Assembly (NCBI GenBank): GCA_963762985.1
Contig: CAVXMK010000008.1
Span: forward strand, 43,855-107,854
DNA from: an uncultured Chloroflexia bacterium
GTDB taxonomy: Bacteria; Chloroflexota; Chloroflexia; Thermomicrobiales; UBA6265
Reading direction: 5' to 3'
Length of the DNA stretch: 64,000 nucleotides
Shown: positions 54,046-64,000 of the stretch, piece after piece
How positions within the stretch are numbered: the first letter of the stretch is position 1
Layout: every line of letters starts with the position of its first letter
Made by a program: the position numbers and the translations under genes
Notes under the pieces: model-generated
Told to the model about the DNA's origin: nothing
What the model saw: only the letters and a program-made list of their open reading frames with translations
Database searches by the model: none

Positions 54046-55470
54046 ATGCCCGACTGCCCGGTGACCGTCAACGATGTGCATTCCCGGCTCAACGCGACGC
54101 GGGTGGCCCGCATCATCCGCCCACGGACTGTCGCCGAGGTGCGCGACGCGGTGCGTGCCGCCGCGGGTCGCCCGCTGGCGATCGCCGGGGGTCGCCACGC
54201 GATGGGCGGGCAGCAGTTCGCCCGTGGGGCCGACTTGCTCGACCTGACGGGATTGGCCGACGTCTTCGCTTTCGACGCGGCGCGCGGCGAGGTCGAGGCC
54301 GCGGCCGGGATCACCTGGCCCGCGCTCATCGACTGGCTGCACAGTGCTCAGCAGAGGATGCCCGAGCCCTGGGGCATCATCCAGAAGCAGACCGGCGCCG
54401 ACCGTCTCACGCTGGGTGGCGCGCTGTCGTGCAATGCGCACGGCCGCGTGCTCGGCCGCGCCCCGCTCGTCGGCGACGTCGTGGCCTTCACCCTGATCGA
54501 CGCCAACGGCCAGGTCTGCCGTTGTTCCCGCGAGGAGAACGCGGAGCTTTTCCGGCTCGTCATCGGCGGCTACGGACTCTTTGGTCCGATCGTTTCGGTG
54601 CGTCTGCGCCTGGCGCCGCGGCAAAAGGTGCGGCGCGAGGTCGCCATGCTGACCATCGACGAAGTCGTGGCCACGCTCGAAGCGCGTGCCGCGGAGGGGT
54701 GCCGCTACGGCGACTTCCAATTCGCCATCGATCCCGCCGGCGACGATTTCCTGCGCCAGGGCATCTGCTCCGTCTACCGGCCGGTCGCCGACGAGACGCC
54801 GATCCCGCCGGGGCAGCGCGTCCTCTCCCGCGCCGACTGGGAAGCGTTGTTCTTGCTGTCGCACACCGATCCTCGCCGCGCCAGCGACGCCTACGCCCGC
54901 CACTACCTGGCGACCGACGGCCAGGTCTACTGGTCCGATTCCCACCAGCTCGCGGACTACCACGACGGCTACCACGCCGCGCTCGATCGGCGGTTGCGGG
55001 CGTCGCATCCTGGGTCGGAAATGATCTCGGAACTCTACGTGCCGCGTCGTGATCTGCCGCGTTTCATGGCCGACGTCGCGGCCGACGTGCGGCGGCACGG
55101 CGCCCGGGTGATCTATGGCACGGTGCGGCTGATCGAACGGGACGTCGAGTCGTTCCTGGCTTGGGCGCACCAGCCGTGGGCTTGCGTCGTCGTCAACCTC
55201 CACATCGACCATACACCTGCCGGAAACGCGTGCGCCGCCGCGGCCTGCCGCCGCCTGATCGACCGCGCCCTGGCCCTCGGTGGCAGCTACTACCTGACCT
55301 ACCATCGCTGGGCCACCCGCCGCCAGGTCGAGACCGCGTACCCGCAATTTCCCGCATTCCTCGCCGAGAAACTCCGCCACGACCCCGAGGAGCTGTTCCA
55401 ATCGGAGTGGTACCGGCACTACCGGGAGCTGTTTCGCCCCGAGGCGCCGCACACGGGCAAGGGCGACTGA
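54046..55470 (+). CDS. FAD-binding oxidoreductase (VAO/PCMH family)
   Basis: GGRHAMGGQ, TLGGALSCNAHG, LFRLVIGGYGLFG, GGSYYLTY. Confidence 0.88.
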   Translation: MPDCPVTVNDVHSRLNATRVARIIRPRTVAEVRDAVRAAAGRPLAIAGGRHAMGGQQFARGADLLDLTGLADVFAFDAARGEVEAAAGITWPALIDWLHSAQQRMPEPWGIIQKQTGADRLTLGGALSCNAHGRVLGRAPLVGDVVAFTLIDANGQVCRCSREENAELFRLVIGGYGLFGPIVSVRLRLAPRQKVRREVAMLTIDEVVATLEARAAEGCRYGDFQFAIDPAGDDFLRQGICSVYRPVADETPIPPGQRVLSRADWEALFLLSHTDPRRASDAYARHYLATDGQVYWSDSHQLADYHDGYHAALDRRLRASHPGSEMISELYVPRRDLPRFMADVAADVRRHGARVIYGTVRLIERDVESFLAWAHQPWACVVVNLHIDHTPAGNACAAAACRRLIDRALALGGSYYLTYHRWATRRQVETAYPQFPAFLAEKLRHDPEELFQSEWYRHYRELFRPEAPHTGKGD

Positions 55471-55637
55471 TCATCGCGTGGGCTCCTCACGAAGCGTGGC
55501 CGCCCCGGGCCAAAAAACCCGTACGCCCTACGGGCGCGCTACAGGCCGACGCCGACGAGAATGCCGGATGTGAGCCGGATCGCGAAACCCGGCCCGTCCC
55601 GGACCGTCGTGCGTATCACCGCCAGAGAGGAGCCACC

Positions 55638-56176
55638 ATGGATAGCGACCGCTCCAACCACCCGTCGGGTTGGGAGGCCGTGGAGGGCCCCGTAGCCACA
55701 TGCTTGATCGCTCTACTGGTGGTGGGGATGGGGGGGTGGCCGCCGACTGGCTCCTCTTGCAGTTCCTCTATTCTGGCCACCTATGTTCGACGCCGAATTG
55801 CGTGGCGGAGGTGGACGCCCTGAACATGTCGGCGATCGCTGCCCTCGTCGGCGCCGGCTGCGTGGTCCTGAGCGCCTCCGAGATTCGGGTCCGACCCATA
55901 CCGCTCCTGGCCGGAGCTGTTGGCGCGTTCGCCTTCGCCGCGTGGGCAAGCTTCAGGGCAGAATTGTCGATTATGCCCCTCATCGACGCAGTGCTCATGG
56001 TCGTCCCGATCGTGTTGTTTCTGTACCTGGAACCGACCCGGCGGGCGACCGATCGCCACACCGCGCGGATGGAGTCCTACGCCCACCGGCTGTATTGGCT
56101 CGCGATGGCGCTCCTCTTACTCGCTTGGTTCGCCATCGTGTTCGCGGTCCTCACGGCGGCGACGTTTGGGCGCTGA
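55638..56176 (+). CDS. Small membrane protein, paralog family B (frameshift near 55735)
   Basis: GAGGAG RBS; ALNMSAIAALVGAGCVVLSA...AVGAFAFAAW. Confidence 0.5.
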
Positions 56177-56264
56177 AACGCCCTCTCGATTAGGACAATT
56201 CGCATGATCCTCAACACCTAGCCCTTCCTGCCACACGTCGTGACCCGCGGAAATCGCTCGCGGC

Positions 56265-56597
56265 GTGGCCGTGGCTTCGGGAATGGTCGGCTCGACGGGC
56301 CGTGCGCGAGGCCTCGCGCACGACCACTCGGCGACCTGGGCGATTGGCCCATCCTCAGCCGACGTGCACGCCCTTAACCGGTCGGCGGTCGCCGCCTTCG
56401 CCGGCGTCGGCTGCGTCGACCTGGGCGCCTTGACCGCCCCGGTCTGGCGGGCGCTGCTGCTCGTGGCGGCGGTGGGCGCGTACGGCTTCGCCGCGTGGAC
56501 GGGCTCCGGGCCGGGGTTCGTCGTCTTGCCCGCCTCCGCGCTCGTGCTCACGCTCGTCCCGATCAGGCTGCTCGTCCTGGAACACAGCGAGGGGTGA
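56265..56597 (+). CDS. Small membrane protein or fragment, paralog family B
   Basis: ALNRSAVAAFAGVGCVDLGA...AVGAYGFAAW...LVPI.L..LE. Confidence 0.45.
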   Translation: MAVASGMVGSTGRARGLAHDHSATWAIGPSSADVHALNRSAVAAFAGVGCVDLGALTAPVWRALLLVAAVGAYGFAAWTGSGPGFVVLPASALVLTLVPIRLLVLEHSEG

Positions 56598-56752
56598 GGC
56601 CGGCGGGCGGGAACCCGTCGCCGCCCCCGGCGCGGGCGGCGGGCCTGCCCGGACACAGGGACAGGGCCTGGAATGGCCGGAGGAACACATCGCCCCCGCC
56701 GCAGGGCCGGTCGGGCTGGAAGGAGGCGCCGACGATTGCATCGCGAGTCTCG

Positions 56753-57166
56753 ATGTGGGTTCGCCGCATCGGCTGGGTCTTGGCGCCCTTCCTGGTACTG
56801 GTCGCATCAGCGTTCCTGACCAACGCGTTCGGTCTCGCCCTGGATTTCTGGCCGGTTCTGCCCTCGCTGGTGGCGACCATCCTGGTCGGGGTGCGTGTGC
56901 GGGAGCGGTGGTGGGTGAAGACGATGCCGGTGGCCATCGTCGCCTTGTGCCTTGCCGCAACCGCGCTGCTCGTGGCGCCGGTCGTGGTGGAATTGGTTTC
57001 GTCCCGGGGCGACGGGGCTGCCTCGAATCCCAACCCCGGCCTCGGGTTCCTCCTGTTCGCCATGCCGCTCTTCGCCCTGGTGGCCAGCGCGCTGTACGTC
57101 CTGCCGGCCGCATTGGGCGTGTGGTGGGGCAAGCGCCGCGACAAGAATCGGCCGGGTCAGGGTTGA
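56753..57166 (+). CDS. Small membrane protein, paralog family A
   Basis: RRIGWVL...GVRVRERWWV...YVLPAALGVWWGKRR. Confidence 0.6.
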   Translation: MWVRRIGWVLAPFLVLVASAFLTNAFGLALDFWPVLPSLVATILVGVRVRERWWVKTMPVAIVALCLAATALLVAPVVVELVSSRGDGAASNPNPGLGFLLFAMPLFALVASALYVLPAALGVWWGKRRDKNRPGQG

Positions 57167-57206
57167 GTCGCCGCGGCGCACGGCGCCAACGATGGAGGGG
57201 GCGACG

Positions 57207-57647
57207 ATGGACTGGCGGTACACGACCTTGGCGCGATGGCTCGGCTGGACGCTGGCGTTCGCGCTCCTGTTCGTGAGCTTTTTGGTTCCCTTCGTCCACC
57301 CCGTGTTGCCCGACGTCGCGAATCTCCTGGTCCTGCTTTGCTTCGTGCTGTCGTTTGTCGCGGCGTACTGGATCGGCGTGCGCTTTCCATCGCCGTGGTG
57401 GCCGGCGGGGCCGCCGGTCGCGGTCCTCGCCGCGGTGCTGGTAGTGCTCGCCGTGCCGGAGTCGGGTCCCGCCACGCCGACCGCGATGGGCCCCATGACG
57501 GGGAAGGACAACTTCGAACTCTTGCTGATATTCGGAGGGTGGATCCTGCTCGTCCTGCTCGCCCTCGCCTACGCGGCCCTGGCCCGGGCGGGCGTCAGGA
57601 ACGGCAAGCTCCGCGCGGCGGAACGAAGGCGGGAGGTGAGGCGATGA
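57207..57647 (+). CDS. Small membrane protein, paralog family A
   Basis: ARWLGWTL...WIGVRFPSPWWPAGP...YAALARAGV. Confidence 0.65.
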   Translation: MDWRYTTLARWLGWTLAFALLFVSFLVPFVHPVLPDVANLLVLLCFVLSFVAAYWIGVRFPSPWWPAGPPVAVLAAVLVVLAVPESGPATPTAMGPMTGKDNFELLLIFGGWILLVLLALAYAALARAGVRNGKLRAAERRREVRR

Positions 57648-58039
57648 ACGGGTGCGCCGGGGTTAGTAGGGAATCCTCCTTTCACAGGTTGGGCCTCCTG
57701 ACCGGAATCGGGCGCTGCTTGGCCAGCCTAGCAGTCTACGTCGGCGCTATGGCGGTGGTGATCCAGGCGTCCCATTGGCTGACCAACCCCTCGACGTGGC
57801 GCGACTACCCGTTCCTGACACCGTGGTTCCTGGCGTGGTGGGTCCTCTTCCCGCTTGCCAGCGGCGTGTGGATGCGGTCATGGTTGTGGTCGCCGGTGGC
57901 GTGGCTCGGTCCGCTACTGCTGCACCCGTTCGCGCCGAACCTCATGGGCGAGCAAGCCGCGGCCTTCTTTGCGTTCGGGGCATTCGTCACCGCCCTTGGA
58001 GGGACGATCATTGGCAAGTGGCGCCACAGACGCACCTAA
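57644..58039 (+). CDS. Small Trp-rich membrane protein, possibly a distant family A member
   Basis: GGAGG RBS, ATGA overlap; GVWMRSWLW...GTIIGKWRHRR. Confidence 0.55.
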   Translation: MNGCAGVSRESSFHRLGLLTGIGRCLASLAVYVGAMAVVIQASHWLTNPSTWRDYPFLTPWFLAWWVLFPLASGVWMRSWLWSPVAWLGPLLLHPFAPNLMGEQAAAFFAFGAFVTALGGTIIGKWRHRRT

Positions 58040-58447
58040 CCTCCGCCGATGCGGGATCCTCGGATCGTCGGGCACCGGCCGCAAGCAGCGCGCACGCAAG
58101 CGCCCGCAGAGCCCTGACTGCCCAGCCGCGCCGGCTCGCAGGCGGCCTGCGATCACGAACCGTTCAGCGGTCTGGGCACAGGAGCGCAATACCCAGCGCG
58201 CCGCCCGCACTCCAAACTGCCCTCTTGATATCCGATCGCCCGGCGCGTCCCGAAATCCCCGTACCCGGTACGGGCGACGACTCCCTCGAAAGTGACTGAT
58301 TATGGGAGGTGTAAGTCAGAATGCTCGGGACGGCCAATATCCTGCATTCTCCAGCGGGCCTACGACTGCCGGCCAGTAATTGGCGACTATGAGCACGTCG
58401 CCGCGGAACCACGTCCCTTCGAAGACCTGCTTGTGCGCCACCTTGAG

Positions 58448-61186
58448 TTACGCCGAATCCTGTGACTCGCCCCGTTTCTTCGCCGCCGCCCGCGCACTCC
58501 GCCGCTCCGCCCCATCGCCGCTACGCGCCATCGGCGTCGGGGCAGCACCGTCGGCGGCCATGGCCGGCACAGTCCGCTCCCCCAGCGCCAGCGGTATCAC
58601 GTCCTCTGCCGAATCGGCGAAGATGAACTCCATCTCGCCTCGCAGCTCCTCCGGCACATCCTCCAGGTCGCGCTCGTTCCGAGCGGGGAGGATAACCTTC
58701 TCGATCCCGGCACGATGAGCTGCCAGCACCTTTTCCCGGATGCCCCCCACCGGTAACACCTTGCCACGCAGGGTGATCTCCCCGGTCATCGCCAGATCGT
58801 CGCGCACCGGGCGGCCGGTGGCCATGGATGTCAATGCAGTCGTCATGGTGACGCCGGCCGAGGGGCCATCCTTCGGTACCGCCCCGGCTGGCACGTGGAG
58901 GTGGACCGCCTTGCCGGCGAACACCTCCGGGTCGATTCCGAGTTGGGCCGTATTGGAGCGGACGTAAGACAGCGCCGCCTGGGCACTTTCGCGCATCACG
59001 TCGCCCAGCATCCCGGTGAGGATCAGCCGCTCCTCGCTACTCGGCATCATTGTCGCTTCCACAAAAAGAACGTCACCGCCGGTCGGCGTCCAGGCCAGCC
59101 CAGTCGCAACGCCGGGCCGGTCAGTGCGCTCGGCGACCTCATCGAAGAAACGCGCCCGGCCAAGGTAGGCGACGACCTTGTCGGGCGTCACCTCGACGTT
59201 TCCGCTCTTGCCCTCGACGATGTCTCTGGCGATTTTGCGCGCGATCGTCGCGATCTGCCGCTCCAGGTTCCGAACCCCCGCCTCGCGCGTATGATCGCGG
59301 ATTATCCGGCGCAGCGCCTCGTCGGTAAACGTCAGTTCCTCGGGCGTCAGCCCATGCGCCGAGACCTGTTTCGGCACCAGGTACTTCTGGGCAATCTGCA
59401 CCTTCTCCTCGTCCGTGTAGCCGGAAAGGGGGATCACCTCCATGCGATCGAGCAATGGAGCCGGGATCGTGTCGGTGGTGTTGGCGGTGGCGATAAAGAG
59501 CACTTGCGAGAGGTCGAACGGCACTCCCAGGTAGGTGTCGAGGAAGGTGTGGTTCTGTGCCGGGTCGAGCACCTCCAGCAGCGCCGACGACGGATCCCCC
59601 CGCCAGTCGGAACCGACCTTGTCGATCTCGTCCAGCATGAAGACCGGGTCGCGCGTCTCGCCGCGACGCAGCGCCTGGATGATCCGCCCCGGCAGCGCGC
59701 CGATATAGGTCCGGCGATGCCCCCGGATCTCCGATTCGTCGTGGACCCCGCCCAGGCTAAGCCGCACGAACTCGCGGTCGAGCGCGCGGGCGATCGATTG
59801 CCCCAGGCTCGTCTTGCCCACCCCCGGTGGCCCCACGAAGAGCAGGATCGGCTCCCGCGCGGCGCGGTCGGTCGGCGTCTCGCGCCGCACATTCGACTCC
59901 GGGTCGGGCACAATCTCGCCCTCGCCTTCGACATCCACGCCGACATTGGCCGGGACGACCTCCTCTTCGCGCTGCTCCGCCTCTCGATCTTCGCGCAGCT
60001 TGCGCACCGCCAGGTACTCCAGAATGCGGACCTTGATCTTCTCCAGGTCGTAGTGGTCCTCGTCCAGCACCCGCCGCGCCTTGGCGATATCGATTTCGCC
60101 GCCGGAGAGCGAGTCCCACGGCAGGTTGGCGATCCAATCGAGGTAGGTGCGGATGATGCCGTGCTCCGGCGAGGCCTGCGGGATACTCGAGAGCCGGTCC
60201 AGCTCCCGATCGGCCTCTTTCCGCGCCTCCGGCGGCAAATTCGCCTCGGCGATCTTCTGCCGCAGCTCGGCTATCTCGGGGTCGGCGTCACCCCCCTCGC
60301 CCAGCTCTTGCTGGATGGAGCGGAGCTGTTCGCGCAGGAAGTACTCCCGCTGCTGCTTGCTCATCCGCCCTTGCGTCTCGGAGGCGATGCGCTGCCCCAG
60401 TTCGCGCACCGATTCCTCCCGCTGTAACAGCTCGATCAGCCGCCGCAACTTCGCCTCAACCGAATCCAGCTCAAGGATTTCCTGCCGCGCTTCGACATCA
60501 ATCAGCCCCGTGGAGGCGATCAGGTAGGCCACCTGCCGCGGCTCGGCGATCGTCTCCGTGGCAGCGGCCACCTCGTCCGGCACCTCCGGGATGAGTGCCA
60601 CCAGCCGCCGGAAAAGATCGAGCGCCGCCCGACGCAGACCGTCGACCTCCACCCCAGTCGCGACCCGGTCGGGCGCTGGCTCGACGCGGGCCACGAGGTA
60701 CGGCTCGGTGGCAATGAAGTCGAGCACCCGGATGCGCTCCACCCCCTGCACGATCAGGCGCACGCTGCCGTCCGGCCCTCGCATCAATTGGTGGATCAAT
60801 GCCGCGGTGCCAATGCGGTGGAGGTCGTCTGGGCCAGCCTGCTCGGTCTCCTCATTGCGCTGGGCCACTAACGCCAGCATGCGGTTGCCGCGCATGACGT
60901 CGTCGACCATCTGAACCGATCGCGGCAGCCCAACCGTCAATGGCACGACGGCCAGAGGGAAGACCACGGTGCCCCCGCGCAGGGGCAATACCGGCAACGC
61001 ATCGGGGATTTCGAGGGTACCGGACCCGTCGGGAACGCCCCCCGGTGCAGCGGCATCGTCCGTTTGGCGCTGCTCGGTTGCCTCGGCGGTCTGCGACTGC
61101 GCCAGAGTCTCGTCGGAGCGGGTCCGTTCTTGGTCCCGATCCGGACGCTGGTTCACTTCGGCATCAGGCTGGGTGTCATCCTGCAC
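58448..61186 (-). CDS. lon: ATP-dependent Lon protease
   Basis: LPVLPLR..VVFP, GPPGVGKTS, GHRRTYIGALPG, PKDGPSAG, GGIREK. Confidence 0.97.
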   Translation of the reverse strand: MQDDTQPDAEVNQRPDRDQERTRSDETLAQSQTAEATEQRQTDDAAAPGGVPDGSGTLEIPDALPVLPLRGGTVVFPLAVVPLTVGLPRSVQMVDDVMRGNRMLALVAQRNEETEQAGPDDLHRIGTAALIHQLMRGPDGSVRLIVQGVERIRVLDFIATEPYLVARVEPAPDRVATGVEVDGLRRAALDLFRRLVALIPEVPDEVAAATETIAEPRQVAYLIASTGLIDVEARQEILELDSVEAKLRRLIELLQREESVRELGQRIASETQGRMSKQQREYFLREQLRSIQQELGEGGDADPEIAELRQKIAEANLPPEARKEADRELDRLSSIPQASPEHGIIRTYLDWIANLPWDSLSGGEIDIAKARRVLDEDHYDLEKIKVRILEYLAVRKLREDREAEQREEEVVPANVGVDVEGEGEIVPDPESNVRRETPTDRAAREPILLFVGPPGVGKTSLGQSIARALDREFVRLSLGGVHDESEIRGHRRTYIGALPGRIIQALRRGETRDPVFMLDEIDKVGSDWRGDPSSALLEVLDPAQNHTFLDTYLGVPFDLSQVLFIATANTTDTIPAPLLDRMEVIPLSGYTDEEKVQIAQKYLVPKQVSAHGLTPEELTFTDEALRRIIRDHTREAGVRNLERQIATIARKIARDIVEGKSGNVEVTPDKVVAYLGRARFFDEVAERTDRPGVATGLAWTPTGGDVLFVEATMMPSSEERLILTGMLGDVMRESAQAALSYVRSNTAQLGIDPEVFAGKAVHLHVPAGAVPKDGPSAGVTMTTALTSMATGRPVRDDLAMTGEITLRGKVLPVGGIREKVLAAHRAGIEKVILPARNERDLEDVPEELRGEMEFIFADSAEDVIPLALGERTVPAMAADGAAPTPMARSGDGAERRSARAAAKKRGESQDSA

Positions 61187-61196
61187 GGCAGTTTCC

Positions 61197-61625
61197 TTAT
61201 CGTCGAGGGGCGTTCGCGGTGCGCTGGCGCTTGGGGAAGGTAATGCGCAGCAGCCCCTGGTCGTAGCGGGCGTCGACACGGTCCAGATCGAAGGCCACCG
61301 GCAGACCCAGTTCGAGCCGGAACGGTCCCTGCCGGATTTCCGCCAAGTGGTAGACACCACTAGGCGCCGTCTTCAGCCGGCGCTTTCCCTCGACGATCAG
61401 CGCATCCTCGTAAAGCACGACGTCAAGTTCGTCCTGATCCACCCCGGCCAGATCGACCGTCACCTCGATCGCACTCTCCGATTCACAAACATCGGCCGGT
61501 GGCCGCCACCAGGTCTTCGCAAAACGCACGCCAGATTCCGCGGCCAGACGGGCGTTGTCCCACGTCCGGTCCCGATCGGGCGCCAAGACGAGCGCGTACC
61601 GGTAACTCAGGCGTCGATAGCGCAT
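61197..61625 (-). CDS. Hsp20/alpha-crystallin small heat-shock protein
   Basis: PPADVCE, DLAGV, EI..GPF, A.YDQGLLRITFPK. Confidence 0.85.
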   Translation of the reverse strand: MRYRRLSYRYALVLAPDRDRTWDNARLAAESGVRFAKTWWRPPADVCESESAIEVTVDLAGVDQDELDVVLYEDALIVEGKRRLKTAPSGVYHLAEIRQGPFRLELGLPVAFDLDRVDARYDQGLLRITFPKRQRTANAPRR

Positions 61626-61645
61626 GGACGCGGCCTCCGGTCGTG

Positions 61646-61800
61646 GGTGATGGGGTGATGGGGTGATAGGGTGCCAGGAATCGGCAATTGCGTGGAGTGC
61701 ATGTGACATTCCTGAGAATCAACACGATCGGCCAGTCGAGCCAAGATCATGTGCCAGTCGTTGCTGCCTGACACCCTATCACCCTACCACCCCATCACCC
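61646..61800. repeat. Inverted pair of octamer tandem repeats
   Basis: GGGTGATG/GGGTGATA x3, then CCCTATCA/CCCCATCA run at 61767-61800. Confidence 0.7.
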
Positions 61801-62459
61801 AAATTAACCCGATCACCTTCGTTCTCAAACCGGGCCAGGTAGCCGAGACGTCCACCGTGGCGGCTGGTCAAGCGTAGTCCAGCGGCTTCGGCTCGCCCGC
61901 GGAGGTCATCGATGCGCACGTGGTGCGGATCCGGTTGCCCCTCGCCGACCACGAGTCTGCCGCCGGGCTTCAGCACCCGACGCAGCTCGCGCAATGTCCG
62001 CTCCTGATCGGGGATCTCTCCCAGGGTGGCCACGAGGAACGCAGCGTCGAACGTCGCATCCGCGAAGGGAAGCATCTGAGCATCACCTTGGACGGGGGCG
62101 ATATTGACGATCCCCTCGGCTTCCGCCCGTCGCATCAGCTCATCGAGCATCGACGGCTGGAGATCGAGAACGACGAGCTGACCGCCCGGCGTGACCGCTC
62201 GCGCGACATGGAGGCTGTAGTACCCGGTGCCGGGGCCGGCTTCGAGCACGCGTTCTCCCGGCACCGGCGCCAGGATGTCGAGCAACGTCTCGCGCCGCAG
62301 AAACGGGCGCGGCAGATCGAGGAAAAACCGCTGGCTGTATGGGCAGGCAGAAGGCGATCGCCGCTGCTGGAGCGCCCAGGCGACGGCGCCCCCCGCGAGG
62401 AGCGCCGCGCCAAACACTATCAGGCCTCGACGTTTCGACAAGATGTCCCCTGTGAGCAA
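61779..62459 (-). CDS. Class I SAM-dependent methyltransferase
   Basis: [26 protein letters not shown]. Confidence 0.88.
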   Translation of the reverse strand: MLTGDILSKRRGLIVFGAALLAGGAVAWALQQRRSPSACPYSQRFFLDLPRPFLRRETLLDILAPVPGERVLEAGPGTGYYSLHVARAVTPGGQLVVLDLQPSMLDELMRRAEAEGIVNIAPVQGDAQMLPFADATFDAAFLVATLGEIPDQERTLRELRRVLKPGGRLVVGEGQPDPHHVRIDDLRGRAEAAGLRLTSRHGGRLGYLARFENEGDRVNLGDGVVG

Positions 62460-62468
62460 AGGCCCTTG

Positions 62469-62930
62469 CTACTCCACGGTCAGCGTTCCAAACATCCCCG
62501 CCGCCTCGTGACCGGGGACGTTGCAATAGAAGTAGTATTCCCCAGCCGGCGCATTGATCGTGACCTGCTCGGTCGCTCCCGGATCGATGTCGATATCGAT
62601 CGGTTCGAACGGCAGATCGTCGTTCTCGTGATCGGTGATCGAGAAATTGTGCAGCGTGACGCCCTCGTTGGGCAGCATGATGGTCACGTCGGTGTCGGCC
62701 GGGATCGTGACCTCCTTCGGTTCGAAGTAGATGTCGTACGAGACGATCTCGACCTGTTCGCCCGCCACGGGGCTCGCCCCTGGGCTGGCTTCGGGACTGG
62801 CGTCCGGGCTGGCTTCGGGACTGGCGTCCTGCGCGATCCCGGCCGGCGCGGCTACGAGCGCGATACCCGGCACGGCAGCCATAGCGCCAATCATGATCGT
62901 CAGTTTCCGGCGGTCGAATTGCCTGTCCAC
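62469..62930 (-). CDS. Exported cupredoxin (type-1 blue copper protein)
   Basis: Tat-like DRRKL leader; HNF ... YCNVPGHEAAGM. Confidence 0.88.
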   Translation of the reverse strand: MDRQFDRRKLTIMIGAMAAVPGIALVAAPAGIAQDASPEASPDASPEASPGASPVAGEQVEIVSYDIYFEPKEVTIPADTDVTIMLPNEGVTLHNFSITDHENDDLPFEPIDIDIDPGATEQVTINAPAGEYYFYCNVPGHEAAGMFGTLTVE

Positions 62931-63019
62931 AGTGTTCCTCCACGGTAGCGATGGCCAGTTGAGCGCGCGCGGCGGCACCGGGCGCAGGGCCAACGTGCGA
63001 GACAACAATCCATGTCGCA

Positions 63020-64000
63020 AGGTTGGTGCCATTTGGCGCGATTCCGGGGCCCTTGGCCCGGCGGCCCGCGGTCATCGTCGCGGAATCGCGGCCGTTCGCC
63101 ATGTGGTGGCAGGCGATCAGGAAACGTCGAACCACGCCCGCCACATCGCGGCCGCCCAGGCCCCACTGCCAGGCCCGGGCAGATGGCTGGCCGCGCCGAT
63201 ACGAGCGCGCTCCCCGTACCGTTCCTCTCCCACCAACGCGCCTAACTCGGCGAGCGCGGCGGTCAGCGTCGCCACCGGAGAGGGGAGCACATCGTCCATG
63301 ATGGCGCGGCTCAACGGCGGCACCCCTGAATCCGGTGGACGGTCGAGCCAGCCCCCATCCTGTCCGAATCGGTCCAGGACCACGTCGGCCAGCGGACGCG
63401 CCCGCTCCAACCATCGGCCCTCCCGTGTCACGCGGTACGCGGCGACCATGGCGGCGAGGAGAGCCGCTTGATCTTCCAGCCAGCCATGTGCGGGCGCGCC
63501 GGGACGGGCATAGCCGAGATCCGCGCGGAAGTGGACGGCGGTAAGACCGTCCAGGTGCTCCACCAACGCTCCGACATCACTATTGCAGCCTTGCTCGGCC
63601 GCGCAGAGCAGCCAGTGAATCGTCGTTGCCGCCCAGCTCGGGGCCGACAGGCGCACGCGCGGGAGGGCGGCGCTGAGACCTTGCGCGGCGCAATTGCTGC
63701 CGGCCGGCCTCGAGGCGTTGACGGAGTGTCTCCGGACGCTCTGGCCCGAACTCCGCGATGGCTTCCGCGCCGCGAGCGCGGTACAGCACCTGTCGGGTTG
63801 TATCGGGCATCATGTTGTAGTGCAAGCTGACCGCCTGCCGCAGCGCTGGGTCGAGCGCCCCCATCATCTCGCGCGATGTCCAGGTGTACGAGTGGCTATC
63901 CGAAGCAACGGCATCCACGCCCGCGCGCAGGCACGTCTGGCTGAACGTAGCCAGGGCGTTGGCTTCAGTCAGCAACGCGGTGTCCTTTAAGCGGCGGGCC
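63020..64000 (-). CDS. C-terminal part of a YyaL/DUF255-like glycosidase-fold protein, frameshifted, runs off the window
   Basis: YTWT, LRRARSQR.PP, WLEDQA, D...PSP. Confidence 0.55.

Noticed and set aside
53100-58440. Integron cassette array
   Set aside because: No repeated attC-like sites between the genes and no integrase in the window.

Overview
High-GC bacterial chromosomal window. Gene content suggests Chloroflexota, probably Thermomicrobiales-like (inference from sortase-type surface proteins, a GAAC-N4-GTTC-type box at recA, and lineage-typical secreted domains). Many ORFs are broken by single-base frameshifts, most likely long-read indel errors, so several genes are reconstructed across frames. 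Core content: recA, lon with Hsp20, a GpsA-like dehydrogenase, RidA, HtrA, a deacetylase, M20 and metal-dependent amidohydrolases, ABC/MFS/AI-2E transporters, secreted proteases, and VanW and NlpC/P60 wall proteins. Accessory content: a cobalt-type nitrile hydratase operon, two HicAB modules, a VapC with two antitoxins, a LAL regulator and a cluster of small paralogous membrane proteins. No rRNA, tRNA, CRISPR array or transposase was recognised. Most notable: (1) a DUF559 endonuclease gene bracketed by inverted copies of a hairpin repeat that also occurs as solo and doublet copies elsewhere (REP/RAYT-like); (2) a membrane protein with two PmoC/AmoC-like D-x2-WH...H motifs plus a His-led extracellular domain; (3) a nitrile hydratase accessory protein fused to a Cys-rich CCCG/CLGPC domain; (4) a duplicated [rimJ 3' end-hicB-hicA] unit with a gene inserted into the copy; (5) two leader-regulation candidates, upstream of the ABC exporter and the NlpC/P60 gene.
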